A DNA stretch of 64,000 nt from an uncultured virus (IMG/VR IMGVR_UViG_3300046804_004946) (IMGVR_UViG_3300046804_004946:1-64000); one strand, 5' to 3'; counted from the first letter of the stretch, positions 35,225 to 46,242 are shown. Translations and numbers: made by a program. Notes: generated by a model not told the origin, from the sequence alone.

Positions 35225-36894
35225 CAATTCAAGATATTCAACTTAAGCAATCTGATGCTTACTTATCAAATCCAAATTTAAAAAGGGCAAATACATCATT
35301 TTCATGGACACAAGAGCAAATTATAGAATTTTTTAAGTGTAAAGAAGACCCTGTTTATTTTGCAAAAAATTACATTAAGATTGTTTCTCTTGATCATGGT
35401 TTAGTCCCATTTGATCTATACCCATTTCAAGAAAAATTAATTAATAATTTCCATAAGCACAGATTTAATATTTGTAAGATGCCCCGTCAAACGGGAAAAT
35501 CTACAACGTGCGTTTCATATCTTTTACATTATGCTGTTTTTAATGATAATGTAAATATTGCAATCTTGGCAAACAAAGCATCAACTGCCAGAGATCTTTT
35601 ACAGCGCCTACAACTCGCTTATGAGAATTTACCCAAATGGATGCAACAAGGGGTTTTGCAGTGGAATAGAGGTTCTCTGGAGTTAGAGAATGGATCTAAA
35701 ATCATCGCAGCATCAACATCTGCATCTGCAGTTCGTGGTGGATCATATAACATTATATTTTTGGACGAATTTGCGTTTATCCCAAACCATATTGCAGATG
35801 ATTTTTTCGCATCAACTTATCCGACTATTTCATCTGGAACATCAACAAAAGTAATCATCGTTTCCACCCCACGTGGAATGAATCATTTTTACAGAAAGTG
35901 GCATGATTCTGAAAGAGGTAAAAATGAATATGTACCAACTGATGTTCACTGGTCCGAAGTTCCTGGAAGAGACGAAAAATGGAAAGCATCTACAATTGCA
36001 AACACTTCTGAACAGCAATTTAAAGTTGAGTTTGAATGTGAATTTTTAGGATCCGTTGATACTTTAATCAATCCTTCTAAATTAAGAAATTTAGTATATG
36101 AAGATCCAATAAAAAAACATAAAGGATTGGATGTTTACGAAGATCCAATAGATGGACACAATTATATGATTACAGTTGATGTTGCAAGAGGAATAGGAAA
36201 TGATTACTCTGCATTTGTTGTTGTAGACATAACTTCTTTTCCATATAAAGTAGTTGCAAAATATAGAAATAATGAAATAAAGCCCATGCTTTTCCCAAGC
36301 GTCATAGAACCTTTGGCAAAGGCATACAATCATGCTTGGATTTTAGTTGAGATTAATGATATTGGAGATCAAATAGCAAATATATTACACTATGATTTGG
36401 AGTATGATAACATTTTAATGTGCTCTCAAAGAGGTAGAGCAGGACAAATAGTAGGAACAGGATTTAGTGGTAAAAAATCCTATCTTGGAATTAGAATGAC
36501 TGCTGCAGTTAAAAAGCTAGGTTGTTCTAATTTAAGAACTCTTATAGAAGATGATAAGTTATTAACTAATGATTATGATATTATTAGTGAGATGACAACC
36601 TTTATTCAAAAAAGTAATACTTTTATGGCAGAAGAAGGTTGTAATGATGATTTAATGATGTGTTTAGTTATCTTTGCTTGGTTAGTTGCACAACCATATT
36701 TCAAAGAAATGACAAATGATGATATTCGTAAAAGAATATATGAAGAACAAGAAGAACAAATAGAAGCAGATATGTCTCCTTTTGGTTTTATATCTACGGG
36801 ATTAGAATCTGGACCATCATTTACAGATAGTGATGGTGATACTTGGCATTTTGACGAATATGGTGATAGAAGTTATATGTGGGATTATATTTAA
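35221..36894 (+). CDS. gp17: Terminase large subunit gp17
   Basis: Walker A PRQTGKST, Walker B IFLDEFAF, VDVARG, DDLMM nuclease motif. Confidence 0.97.
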   Translation: MTIQDIQLKQSDAYLSNPNLKRANTSFSWTQEQIIEFFKCKEDPVYFAKNYIKIVSLDHGLVPFDLYPFQEKLINNFHKHRFNICKMPRQTGKSTTCVSYLLHYAVFNDNVNIAILANKASTARDLLQRLQLAYENLPKWMQQGVLQWNRGSLELENGSKIIAASTSASAVRGGSYNIIFLDEFAFIPNHIADDFFASTYPTISSGTSTKVIIVSTPRGMNHFYRKWHDSERGKNEYVPTDVHWSEVPGRDEKWKASTIANTSEQQFKVEFECEFLGSVDTLINPSKLRNLVYEDPIKKHKGLDVYEDPIDGHNYMITVDVARGIGNDYSAFVVVDITSFPYKVVAKYRNNEIKPMLFPSVIEPLAKAYNHAWILVEINDIGDQIANILHYDLEYDNILMCSQRGRAGQIVGTGFSGKKSYLGIRMTAAVKKLGCSNLRTLIEDDKLLTNDYDIISEMTTFIQKSNTFMAEEGCNDDLMMCLVIFAWLVAQPYFKEMTNDDIRKRIYEEQEEQIEADMSPFGFISTGLESGPSFTDSDGDTWHFDEYGDRSYMWDYI

Positions 36895-37137
36895 ATGGAT
36901 TTAGATGATCAAGTAGATTTAGAACATCTTTTATTTTTGGAACGAAAATGTAGATCTTGTGGTCAAATAAAAAATTTATTGGACGATTTTTATTTATCAT
37001 ACAGAGACAGAGGATCTTTACCATCATCATATTCTTATGAATGTAAAGAATGTACGATACAAAGAATAAAAAAATCTAGATTAATATGCCCCAAAAAAGA
37101 AATTATATCAGATTTTATAGAATATCCAGACTGGTAA
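36895..37137 (+). CDS. Small Zn-ribbon-like protein (CRSC...CKEC)
   Basis: Two CxxC pairs; lies between gp17 and gp18. Confidence 0.7.
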   Translation: MDLDDQVDLEHLLFLERKCRSCGQIKNLLDDFYLSYRDRGSLPSSYSYECKECTIQRIKKSRLICPKKEIISDFIEYPDW

Positions 37138-37218
37138 TTGTTCGTGGGTTATTTCCCCATCAGAAATAGTCTTTTTAATAAATAATTTTAGAATATTTCT
37201 GGAAAAGGAGACAAGAAG

Positions 37219-39396
37219 ATGCCTTTAAATTTAGCATCTCCTGGAGTTATTGTAAGAGAAGTTGATGTAACAGTTGGAAGAGTTGACCCATCATCAAGCA
37301 CTGTAGCCGCAATTGTTGCGCCTTTTGAAAAAGGTCCAGTTGAGAGTTCAGTTTTGATTCAAAACGAACAAGAATTATTGGCAAATTTTGGACAACCACG
37401 CAATTCAGCAACTCATTATGAAACTTGGTTTACCGCTTCATCGTTCTTGGCATATGGTGGAAATTTACTAGTTTTAAGATCTGATGGAACAAGTTTATAT
37501 AATGCAGCAGTTGGAACATCTGCTGGTGCAGGAACAAGTATAAAGATCAAAAGTTATGATGATTATGTAAATAAAGGATACGATGAAACTGCAATTTCTG
37601 GTCACGTTGCTGTAGCAAGAAATCCAGGATCTTGGGGTAATGGATTAAAAGTTGCAATCATTGATGGTAAAGCTGATCAAATTTTAAGTGGAATAACAAC
37701 AAGCAGTGTAGTTGTTGGTTATGGAATAACTCAATCTATTAGTGGAACTGTTAATGCTGGTATTGGAACAACTACAGTTTTAGATGGTTATATCAAAGGA
37801 ATTATTACTGGAATTGGTGCTAGCACTTTAGATGTGAAAATATTGAGTTATGTTTCAGCATCTGGAACAGAATCTCAAATTGACTACGAACCACAAGGTG
37901 TTTACAGATTTTCTGTAGGTGTAGGAACTGTTAGAATTCACCAAAATGGTAGCGCAGTAGCATTATCAACTGTTACTTTTTCATCGGCACCAGACTGGTA
38001 TGATTCACAATCCATAACTTTAGACAATGGTTCAATTGCATGGAATACTCTTGGACCAAGACCAGGAACTTCAAGATTTGCATCTTCTAGAGGAAGTAGA
38101 TTTGATGAACTTCACGTCGTTGTTATTGATGGAGATGGAGGAATTACTGGAAATTCTGGTACTGTTTTAGAGAAACATTTATCCTTATCTAAAGCCAAAA
38201 ATGCAGTTTATGCTGCAGGAAGTTCTTCTTATTGGAATAAGTATGTTTCTGAAGGATCTTCATTAATTTTTGCAGGTTCTCAGCCAACTGGTGTTGTAAC
38301 TTGTGGATTTACAACTTCTTCATCTTTTTCATTAGGTACAACTAAGAACTGGAATACTGTTACTGAAAATAATACAGTATTTAAATGTTTAGGTGCAGAA
38401 ACCTATTCATTATCTGGAGGAAAAAATTATGATGGTCAAACAAGTTTAGACAATAATGCATCCTTAGTGTCATCATTGGCAGATTTATCAAGTGGATATG
38501 ATTTATTAACAAATACCGAACAATATGATACTGATTTTATACTAATGGGATCGGCAGCTTATGATAAAGAGACTGCCCAGGCATTAGCATCTAAAATTAT
38601 TTCAGTTGCAGAACAAAGACAAGATGCCATCGCATGTATTTCTCCATATAGAAATTCAATGTTGAATTTAAGTGGTACATCCCAATTTGTTCCTATAAAT
38701 GCATCAACAATAACAGATAATGTTATTAGTTTCTATGCATCAATACCATCTTCATCTTATGCAATTTTTGATAGTGGTTATAAGTACATGTACGATAAAT
38801 TTGCACAAACATTTAGATATGTACCATTAAATGGAGATATTGCTGGAATTTGTGCAAGAGCTGAGATAGCAAATGCTCCTTGGGTTTCACCTGCTGGAAC
38901 ATCAAGAGGTTCAGTTTTAAATGCAGTTAAACTTGCATATAATCCATCAAAAGTACAAAGAGATAGACTTTACTCTAATAGAGTAAATCCAGTTATTTTC
39001 TCTTCAGGATCTGGAATAATTTTATTTGGTGATAAAACAGGTTTAGCAAAATCATCAGCATTTGATAGAATTAACGTTCGCAGATTAATGATTTACATTG
39101 AAAATGCAATAAAAGCAGCTGCTGATGATCAATTGTTTGAATTTAATGATGAAACAACAAGAAGTAATTTTGTAAATTCAGTTGATCCTTTCTTAAGAGA
39201 TATTCAAGCAAAAAGAGGATTATTAGATTACAGAGTTATTTGTGATGCAAGTAATAATACTGCCGCAGTAATTGACAATAATGAGTTTATTGCCGATATC
39301 TATGTAAAACCATCACGTTCTATCAATTATATTGGTCTGACTTTTGTAGCTACGAGAAGTGGTGTTTCTTTTGAAGAAATCGTAGGTAATGTTTAA
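37219..39396 (+). CDS. gp18: Tail sheath protein gp18
   Basis: ASPGVIVREVD, FGDKT, FDRINVRRL, FEFND. Confidence 0.97.
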   Translation: MPLNLASPGVIVREVDVTVGRVDPSSSTVAAIVAPFEKGPVESSVLIQNEQELLANFGQPRNSATHYETWFTASSFLAYGGNLLVLRSDGTSLYNAAVGTSAGAGTSIKIKSYDDYVNKGYDETAISGHVAVARNPGSWGNGLKVAIIDGKADQILSGITTSSVVVGYGITQSISGTVNAGIGTTTVLDGYIKGIITGIGASTLDVKILSYVSASGTESQIDYEPQGVYRFSVGVGTVRIHQNGSAVALSTVTFSSAPDWYDSQSITLDNGSIAWNTLGPRPGTSRFASSRGSRFDELHVVVIDGDGGITGNSGTVLEKHLSLSKAKNAVYAAGSSSYWNKYVSEGSSLIFAGSQPTGVVTCGFTTSSSFSLGTTKNWNTVTENNTVFKCLGAETYSLSGGKNYDGQTSLDNNASLVSSLADLSSGYDLLTNTEQYDTDFILMGSAAYDKETAQALASKIISVAEQRQDAIACISPYRNSMLNLSGTSQFVPINASTITDNVISFYASIPSSSYAIFDSGYKYMYDKFAQTFRYVPLNGDIAGICARAEIANAPWVSPAGTSRGSVLNAVKLAYNPSKVQRDRLYSNRVNPVIFSSGSGIILFGDKTGLAKSSAFDRINVRRLMIYIENAIKAAADDQLFEFNDETTRSNFVNSVDPFLRDIQAKRGLLDYRVICDASNNTAAVIDNNEFIADIYVKPSRSINYIGLTFVATRSGVSFEEIVGNV

Positions 39397-39439
39397 TCTT
39401 TCATCATAATCTAAAAATTACTTATTAGAGGTAAAAAAA

Positions 39440-40045
39440 ATGGCATTAAAAACTCTCGATAGCTTTAAATCTCAATTAACTGGTGGTGGTGCAAGACCTA
39501 ATCTATTTGAAGTCTCTATATCTTTTCCAACTGAATTAAATATTGCTGGTGGAAAACAACCAATTACTAAACCAGAAACAGGTACTGCTGGTGCTGCAGA
39601 AAGTATGCTTACTTTTATGGTAAAAGCTGCTGCTCTTCCAGCATCCAATATTACTCCTATTGAAATTCCTTTTAGAGGAAGAACATTAAAAGTTGCTGGA
39701 GAAAGAACCTTTGATACTTGGACAATTACAGTTTTAAATGATACTGATTTTAAAATTAGAACATCCTTTGAGCAGTGGATGAATGGAATTAGTAGAATTT
39801 CAGACGCAAGCGGAGATGTAAATCCTTCCAATTATCAACAAGACGCATTTGTTAGACAACTTAATCGCGTCGGTGATACTATGAGAGAATATAAATTTGT
39901 TGGAATATTCCCAACGAATATTTCACAAATTGATCTTTCTATGGATTCAACTGATACAATTGAAGAATATACTGTGGAATTCCAAGTTCAATATTGGCAA
40001 GCTGTTGCTGCTGCATCTGATACAACTAAGCCAGAAATTAAATAA
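39440..40045 (+). CDS. gp19: Tail tube protein gp19
   Basis: GGARPNLFEV, FRGRTLKVAGERTFDTW. Confidence 0.96.
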   Translation: MALKTLDSFKSQLTGGGARPNLFEVSISFPTELNIAGGKQPITKPETGTAGAAESMLTFMVKAAALPASNITPIEIPFRGRTLKVAGERTFDTWTITVLNDTDFKIRTSFEQWMNGISRISDASGDVNPSNYQQDAFVRQLNRVGDTMREYKFVGIFPTNISQIDLSMDSTDTIEEYTVEFQVQYWQAVAAASDTTKPEIK

Positions 40046-40081
40046 TAAATAGATATAACAAATTTATTTTAATTTTATACG

Positions 40082-41761
40082 ATGCCAAGACTTTTTGGTT
40101 TTTCTATTGAAGATCCTGATAATAAAAAATCTAAAATTGTCTCCCCCGTCCCTCAAAATAATGAGGACGGGGTTGATAATTATATTGCAAGTGGTTTTTA
40201 TGGTCAATATTTAGATATTGAAGGTGTTTTTAGAACTGAAAACGATTTAATACGAAGATATAGAGAAATGGCATTACACCCAGAGTGTGATGCCGCTATT
40301 GAAGATGTAGTAAATGAAGCAATTGTTAGTGATTTGTACGATTCGCCTGTTGAAATTGAACTTTCTAATTTAAACGCAAGTGATAAAGTAAAAGAAAAAA
40401 TAAGAGAAGAATTTAAATATATTAAAGAATTGATGGATTTTGATAAAAAGTCTCATGAAATTTTTAGGAATTGGTATGTTGATGGAAGACTTTATTATCT
40501 AAAAGTTATAGATCCAAAAAATGTATCTGATGGTATAAAAGAGATCAGATATGTTGATCCTATGAAAATGCGTCATGTTAGGCAAGAAAAGAAAAAGGGA
40601 GATCCTAGAATCCCTATGTCTGCTGAAATGATTAATCCTATGAATGGTAGAGGTGATGATAGAAATGTATATTCTCCAGAGATAGAAGAATATTTCATAT
40701 ACACACCTTCTCCAAATTATCCAACTGGAATGGTATCCAGTTCTGGAGCACAGAAAGGAGTTAAAATTGCTAAAGATTCTGTTACTTATTGCACTTCTGG
40801 ATTAGTTGACAGAAATAAAGGAACGGTTCTTTCATATCTTCATAAAGCAATTAAATCTCTCAATCAACTTCGCATGATTGAAGATTCTTTGGTTATCTAT
40901 AGACTATCAAGAGCACCAGAAAGAAGAATTTTTTATATTGATGTTGGCAATTTACCAAAAGTAAAGGCAGAACAATATCTTCGTGATGTGATGATGCGCT
41001 ATAGAAATAAAATGGTGTATGACTCCAATAATGGAGAAATTCGTGATGATAGAAAGTTCATGAGTATGCTTGAGGATTTCTGGCTTCCTCGCCGTGAAGG
41101 TGGTAGAGGAACAGAAATCACAACTCTTCCAGGTGGTCAAAATCTTGGAGAACTTGCAGATATTGAATATTTTCAGAAAAAACTTTACAGATCACTTGGT
41201 GTTCCAGAATCAAGAATTGCAAATGATGGTGGTTTCAATTTAGGAAGATCATCAGAAATTTTAAGAGATGAATTAAAATTTACTAAATTTGTTGGCAGAC
41301 TGCGTAAAAGATTTGCCAACATGTTTACCGATATGTTACGGACACAATTAATATTAAAAAATATTGTTTCCCTAGAAGATTGGGAAAAAATGTCGGATCA
41401 TATTCAGTTTGATTTTGTTTATGATAATCAATTTTCGGAATTAAAAGAAACTGAATTGATGACAGAACGTCTCAATTTAGTTGCAATGATGGAACCATAT
41501 ATTGGCAAATATTTTTCAGTTCAGTATGTAAGATCTAAAATTCTTCGCCAAACAGATGGTGATATTGTAGAACTAGACAAACAAATTGATAAGGAAATAA
41601 AGGATGGAATTATTCCAGATCCAGATTCAATTGATCCAATAACTGGAGAACCTTTGCCAATTGGTCCTTTAGGAGATGTTCCTACTGAACCAGATACAGA
41701 AAAGCAAGGTGCGGTTACTAATGCACAATCCCAAAAAGACGTTAAAAAAACCCAAATATAA
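40082..41761 (+). CDS. gp20: Portal vertex protein gp20
   Basis: RAPERRIFYIDVGNLPK.KAEQYL, EDFWLPRREGGRGTEITTLPGGQNLG. Confidence 0.98.
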   Translation: MPRLFGFSIEDPDNKKSKIVSPVPQNNEDGVDNYIASGFYGQYLDIEGVFRTENDLIRRYREMALHPECDAAIEDVVNEAIVSDLYDSPVEIELSNLNASDKVKEKIREEFKYIKELMDFDKKSHEIFRNWYVDGRLYYLKVIDPKNVSDGIKEIRYVDPMKMRHVRQEKKKGDPRIPMSAEMINPMNGRGDDRNVYSPEIEEYFIYTPSPNYPTGMVSSSGAQKGVKIAKDSVTYCTSGLVDRNKGTVLSYLHKAIKSLNQLRMIEDSLVIYRLSRAPERRIFYIDVGNLPKVKAEQYLRDVMMRYRNKMVYDSNNGEIRDDRKFMSMLEDFWLPRREGGRGTEITTLPGGQNLGELADIEYFQKKLYRSLGVPESRIANDGGFNLGRSSEILRDELKFTKFVGRLRKRFANMFTDMLRTQLILKNIVSLEDWEKMSDHIQFDFVYDNQFSELKETELMTERLNLVAMMEPYIGKYFSVQYVRSKILRQTDGDIVELDKQIDKEIKDGIIPDPDSIDPITGEPLPIGPLGDVPTEPDTEKQGAVTNAQSQKDVKKTQI

Positions 41762-41788
41762 ATAATCATATAAATACACTAAATTTTT

Positions 41789-41953
41789 ATGGATAACATT
41801 GTCGATTTGATTGCCACTGATTCTTCTGCTTCTGATATTTCAGATTTGATAAAGGATGCTCTTTTTGCAAAATCTGCCGAAAAAATTAATTCAATTCGTC
41901 CAGAGGTAGCTAGTTCTTTATTTGGATTTAATAGCGTAGGGGAAGAAGAATGA
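41789..41953 (+). CDS. Small acidic protein, 54 aa, in the prohead-core (gp67/68-like) position
   Basis: Hand translation MDNIVDLIATDSSASDISDLIKDALFAKSAEKINSIRPEVASSLFG...; late promoters at 41757 and 41769. Confidence 0.7.
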   Translation: MDNIVDLIATDSSASDISDLIKDALFAKSAEKINSIRPEVASSLFGFNSVGEEE

Positions 41954-42216
41954 CAACAAAAATTTTAGCAGGTGAAATAAATTTACCAACTACAACAGGA
42001 ACAGCTACAAGTTTTACTGCAGCCACAGTTGTACGACTTGTAAATACTGATACTTCTGCACACATTGTAACTGTTGTAGAAACTCAATCTGGTGCTGGCG
42101 TTGGATCTATGACTATGCCAGCAGGAACAGTTGAGCAGATTGTTAAATCACCAAATCATTGTGTTTATGCAGATAGTGCTTTAGTTAAAGGAACAAAAGT
42201 AGGTTTTACAAATTAA
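41950..42216 (+). CDS. Hypothetical protein, 88 aa
   Basis: ORF track; ATGA overlap with the upstream stop. Confidence 0.75.
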   Translation: MTTKILAGEINLPTTTGTATSFTAATVVRLVNTDTSAHIVTVVETQSGAGVGSMTMPAGTVEQIVKSPNHCVYADSALVKGTKVGFTN

Positions 42217-42220
42217 AAAA

Positions 42221-42871
42221 ATGAAACTCATCACAGAAGAAGTATCAAAGGTAAAGTTTATTACCGAAGGAAAAGGATCCCAAAAGAAACTGTATATTGA
42301 AGGTATTTTCCTTCAGGGTGATATTTGCAATCGTAATGGAAGAATGTATCCTATGGAAACTCTTTCACGTGAAGTAAGAAGATATACCGAAAATTTTGTT
42401 TCAAAAGGTCGTGCTCTTGGAGAACTCGGTCACCCAGATGGTCCTACTGTGAATCTTGATCGTGTATCTCACAAAATTGTTTCTCTTACTCAAGAAGGAA
42501 CAAATTTTAGAGGTAAGGCACAACTTCTTGAAACCCCAATGGGTAAAATTGCAAAAGCTTTAATTGATGATGGTGTTTGTCTGGGCGTTTCTTCTCGTGG
42601 TGTCGGTTCATTAAAAATGACCAATGAAGGGCATAAAGTTGTTGGTGAAGATTTCATGCTTGCAACTGCTGCTGATATTGTTGCCGATCCTTCTGCACCT
42701 GATGCTTTTGTTCAGGGAATTATGGAAGGTAAAGAATGGGTTTGGGATGGTGGAATTCTTCGTGAAAAACTTGCAGAATCAACAAAGCGTAGAATTAATA
42801 CATTAGTTGATCAACAAAGACTTGAGGAACATAAACTTGGTTTATTCCAAGAGTTTCTGTCAAATTTATAA
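42221..42871 (+). CDS. gp21: Prohead protease gp21
   Basis: NRNGRMYP, ALGELGHP, GVSSRGVGS, DIVADPSAPDA. Confidence 0.97.
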   Translation: MKLITEEVSKVKFITEGKGSQKKLYIEGIFLQGDICNRNGRMYPMETLSREVRRYTENFVSKGRALGELGHPDGPTVNLDRVSHKIVSLTQEGTNFRGKAQLLETPMGKIAKALIDDGVCLGVSSRGVGSLKMTNEGHKVVGEDFMLATAADIVADPSAPDAFVQGIMEGKEWVWDGGILREKLAESTKRRINTLVDQQRLEEHKLGLFQEFLSNL

Positions 42872-42912
42872 ATTAATAAATAAATATAGATTATATACAG
42901 AAATCTAAACAA

Positions 42913-44139
42913 ATGTCCGTTGGTAGAAATTTACAAGAAATGGAAAACGTAGTAACCAAAGGAGCAAAACCTGCTGAACCAATGCCTAAGTTAACCAAGG
43001 GTATTCCCGATGGTCAAACAGGTAGTTGGGAAGATTTAGGTGGTCCTACTCCAGAAAATTATCGTTCAGACGACGATTCAGCAAAACTAAAGGATGCATC
43101 ATCTCCTTTAGCTCAGGTTAAAAATGTGGTTAACAAAGGTGCAAAAGGTGCCGACCCTATGCCAGCGGCAATTGTTGGTAAAAAAGCCAGTTATGGTGAA
43201 GAGACTGAAACTGAAGAAGAGTTAATTTCAGAAGAAGAAACTGAAGAAGATGATGCTGAATCAGATGATAATACTAATAATGGCAAATCATCTAAGAAGA
43301 AAGAAAAGAAAGAAAAAAATGATGAGAAAAATGATGAAGATGAAATGAAGGAAGAGGTTGAAGAAGAAGGTGAGGATGTAGAAGAAGAGGAAGAGGAAGA
43401 AGAAATTGACATCGAAGAAGATGTCAAAGCACTTTTGGAAGGTGAAGATCTTTCAGAAGAATTCCAAGAAAAGGCACGTGTTATTTTTGAAGCTGCGATT
43501 AGATCAAAAGTTTCAGAAATTAAAGAAGAATTACGTGCATCGTATGAAGATGCACTAGTTGAAGAAGTTCAACTAATTAAAGAAGAACTTACAGATCGTG
43601 TTGATGCATACCTTGAGTATGTTGCCGACGAGTGGATTCAAGAGAATGCACTTGCAGTCGAGCACGGTCTTAAGACTGAAATGACCGAATCATTCCTTCA
43701 AGGAATGAAGGGTCTTTTTGAAGATCATTATGTAACAATCCCTGAAGATAGATATGATGTAATCGAGAGTATGGTAGATAAACTTGATGAAATGGAGACG
43801 AAACTCAACGAGCAAATCGAAAGAAACGTTGCTCTAAAGAAAAGATTAGCAGAGTCAGTTGCTGATGTAATTTTTGCAGAAGTATCTGAGGGTCTAGCAC
43901 TTTCTCAGAAAGATAAACTCGCTTCTCTTGCTGAAAATGTTGAGTTTGAAAGTGAAGAAAACTATCGTGAGAAACTAGTTACTTTAAGAGAATCTTATTT
44001 CCCTTCAAGAATCGCTAGTGCTCAAAGAGATGACTCTGAGAACTTGTCTGAAAGTACAGATGTGCAAAATATTCAACCTCAAGTAGGTGGAATTATGGAA
44101 GCATATCTTCAGACTCTTGGCAGAGTTGCCAAAAAGTGA
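42913..44139 (+). CDS. gp22: Prohead core scaffold gp22
   Basis: Acidic coiled coil; LSEEF..KA..IFEAA and VDAYLEYV..EW; synteny. Confidence 0.93.
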   Translation: MSVGRNLQEMENVVTKGAKPAEPMPKLTKGIPDGQTGSWEDLGGPTPENYRSDDDSAKLKDASSPLAQVKNVVNKGAKGADPMPAAIVGKKASYGEETETEEELISEEETEEDDAESDDNTNNGKSSKKKEKKEKNDEKNDEDEMKEEVEEEGEDVEEEEEEEEIDIEEDVKALLEGEDLSEEFQEKARVIFEAAIRSKVSEIKEELRASYEDALVEEVQLIKEELTDRVDAYLEYVADEWIQENALAVEHGLKTEMTESFLQGMKGLFEDHYVTIPEDRYDVIESMVDKLDEMETKLNEQIERNVALKKRLAESVADVIFAEVSEGLALSQKDKLASLAENVEFESEENYREKLVTLRESYFPSRIASAQRDDSENLSESTDVQNIQPQVGGIMEAYLQTLGRVAKK

Positions 44140-44190
44140 TTTTTAAATTATAAAAATTCAAACTAACAATTTTAAAAAGAGGTAACACAA

Positions 44191-45630
44191 ATGCAAGGGT
44201 TCAATTCCGAATACCTGCAGGAGAAGTGGGCTCCCATCCTTGATTATCAAGGAATGGATTCGATCAAAGATTCGCACAGAAGAGCCGTAACTGCCATCCT
44301 GCTAGAAAACCAAGAGAAAGCACTCCGCGAAGAGCGTGAGTTCCTTTCCGAATCACCAACCATGAACACTGGTTCATCTGGTGCAACTGCTGGTTTCAGT
44401 GCTAATGCAACTGCAGCAGGTCCTGTTGCAGGTTTCGATCCTGTTTTAATCAGCCTTATCCGCCGTTCAATGCCTAACTTGGTCGCTTATGACCTTGCTG
44501 GCGTTCAACCAATGAACGGTCCCACTGGACTTATCTTTGCAATGCGTTCAAGATACAACGGTCCTGCCGTTGCTAATGATGAAGCATTCTTCAACGAGCC
44601 TGATACTGCTTTCTCTGCTCAGGGAAGCACTCGTACAGAAGCTGGTCTTGGAAATCCATATGTAGCAAACTCCGATGGTTCTTCTGTTGGTTTTGGTACA
44701 ACTGCTGCACATGGTGGAACCAATCCTGGTCTCTTAAGCCCAGATAGCAATACTACCCAAGCTGCTTATACACTTGGGCGTGGTATGGACACCGAAGATG
44801 CAGAATCACTCGGTGAAAGCGGTGGTGCCCAGTTCAATCAGATGGGCTTCTCAATCGAGAAGATCACTGTTACTGCAAAATCACGTGCTCTGAAAGCTGA
44901 ATACAGCCTTGAGCTTGCTCAAGACCTGAAGGCAATCCACGGTCTAAATGCAGAAGCAGAACTCGCTAATATTCTTTCTAGCGAAATTCTTGCTGAAATC
45001 AACCGCGAAGTTATTCGTACCATCTATAAGGTTGCTAAGTCTGGTGCTCAGCACAACGTTGCAACTGCTGGTAAGTTTGACCTCGATGTTGACTCAAACG
45101 GTCGTTGGTCTGTTGAGAAGTTTAAGGGTCTTATCTTCCAAATCGAGCGTGATGCTAACGCAATCGCAGTTGAGACTCGTAGAGGAAAGGGTAACATGAT
45201 CCTTTGCTCTGCTGACGTTGCTTCGGCACTCACCATGGCAGGCGTTCTTGATTACACCCCAGCTCTTAACGCTAACCTTCAGGTTGATGACACTGGCAAC
45301 ACCTTCGCTGGTGTTCTCCAAGGTAAGTATCGCGTATATATTGACCCATATTCGGGTGGTTCAAACCCAGGTGCTTCTGGTGGTCAGTATTACGTTGTTG
45401 GTTATAAGGGTTCTTCACCTTATGACGCTGGTCTCTTCTATTGCCCATATGTTCCTCTCCAAATGGTTCGTGCCGTTGGTGAGAACACCTTCCAGCCCAA
45501 GATTGGCTTTAAAACCCGTTACGGTCTTGTTGCTAACCCATTTGCTGAAGGAACAACCCAGGGTCTTGGTAGACTTACTGTTAATAGCAACCGCTACTAC
45601 AGAAGAGTACAGGTTCTCAACCTCATGTGA
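44191..45630 (+). CDS. gp23: Major capsid protein gp23
   Basis: GVQPMNGPTGLIFAMR, AKSRALKAEYSLELAQDLKAIHG, FQPKIGFKTRYG. Confidence 0.99.
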   Translation: MQGFNSEYLQEKWAPILDYQGMDSIKDSHRRAVTAILLENQEKALREEREFLSESPTMNTGSSGATAGFSANATAAGPVAGFDPVLISLIRRSMPNLVAYDLAGVQPMNGPTGLIFAMRSRYNGPAVANDEAFFNEPDTAFSAQGSTRTEAGLGNPYVANSDGSSVGFGTTAAHGGTNPGLLSPDSNTTQAAYTLGRGMDTEDAESLGESGGAQFNQMGFSIEKITVTAKSRALKAEYSLELAQDLKAIHGLNAEAELANILSSEILAEINREVIRTIYKVAKSGAQHNVATAGKFDLDVDSNGRWSVEKFKGLIFQIERDANAIAVETRRGKGNMILCSADVASALTMAGVLDYTPALNANLQVDDTGNTFAGVLQGKYRVYIDPYSGGSNPGASGGQYYVVGYKGSSPYDAGLFYCPYVPLQMVRAVGENTFQPKIGFKTRYGLVANPFAEGTTQGLGRLTVNSNRYYRRVQVLNLM

Positions 45631-45649
45631 GCAATTGCCACATATTTCC

Positions 45650-45675
45650 AGAGGGTCTTCGGACCCTCTTTTTTT
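45650..45675 (+). terminator. Rho-independent terminator after gp23
   Basis: AGAGGGTC-TTCG-GACCCTCT followed by a T run (C(UUCG)G tetraloop). Confidence 0.92.
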
Positions 45676-45693
45676 ATCTAAATAAAAATAAAA

Positions 45694-46242
45694 ATGGCGA
45701 ATACTGTTTTTAGTAATCAGATACAAAATAGAAACTTTTTATCACCAGTAGGATTTAAATTTACTCTACAAAAATATCAAAAAGTTTCTTTTTTCTCTAA
45801 TGGTTGCAGAATTCCAGATATTACATTAAATACAGCAGTACAAAGTAATTATTTTAAATCTATTGATATTCCAGGTGATCAAATTGAATATGGTGATTTT
45901 TATTTAAGATTTCTTGTTGATGAAGATATGTCCAATTATATGGCGATTCATAATTGGATAACTGGATTAGGATTTCCAGAAAATCATGAACAATTTAAAA
46001 AATTAATCACAGATGAAAATGGAATGGAAGATCCAAAATTACAATTTAGTAATGGAACTTTACAGATACTAAACAGCAACTATAGAACAACTGCAAATGT
46101 TGTTTTTAGAGGTTTATATCCAGTTTCTTTAACTTCGTTAGAATTTGAGGCAACTGATAATGATATTAATTACTTTACAGCAGAAGCAACTTTCAAGTAT
46201 ACTATGTACAATATATTTGATAAAGATAATAAACTATTATGA
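45694..46242 (+). CDS. gp3: Tail completion / tube terminator gp3
   Basis: NFLSPVGFKF, FLVDEDMSNY..IHNWI; synteny after gp23. Confidence 0.85.
   Translation: MANTVFSNQIQNRNFLSPVGFKFTLQKYQKVSFFSNGCRIPDITLNTAVQSNYFKSIDIPGDQIEYGDFYLRFLVDEDMSNYMAIHNWITGLGFPENHEQFKKLITDENGMEDPKLQFSNGTLQILNSNYRTTANVVFRGLYPVSLTSLEFEATDNDINYFTAEATFKYTMYNIFDKDNKLL

Noticed and set aside
36895..37137. Homing endonuclease next to gp17
   Set aside because: It is only 80 aa with CxxC pairs; no HNH, GIY-YIG or EndoVII catalytic motif is visible.
43191..43427. Ser-rich minus-strand ORF and GAA-rich repeat
   Set aside because: This is the antisense of the Glu-rich low-complexity linker of gp22.
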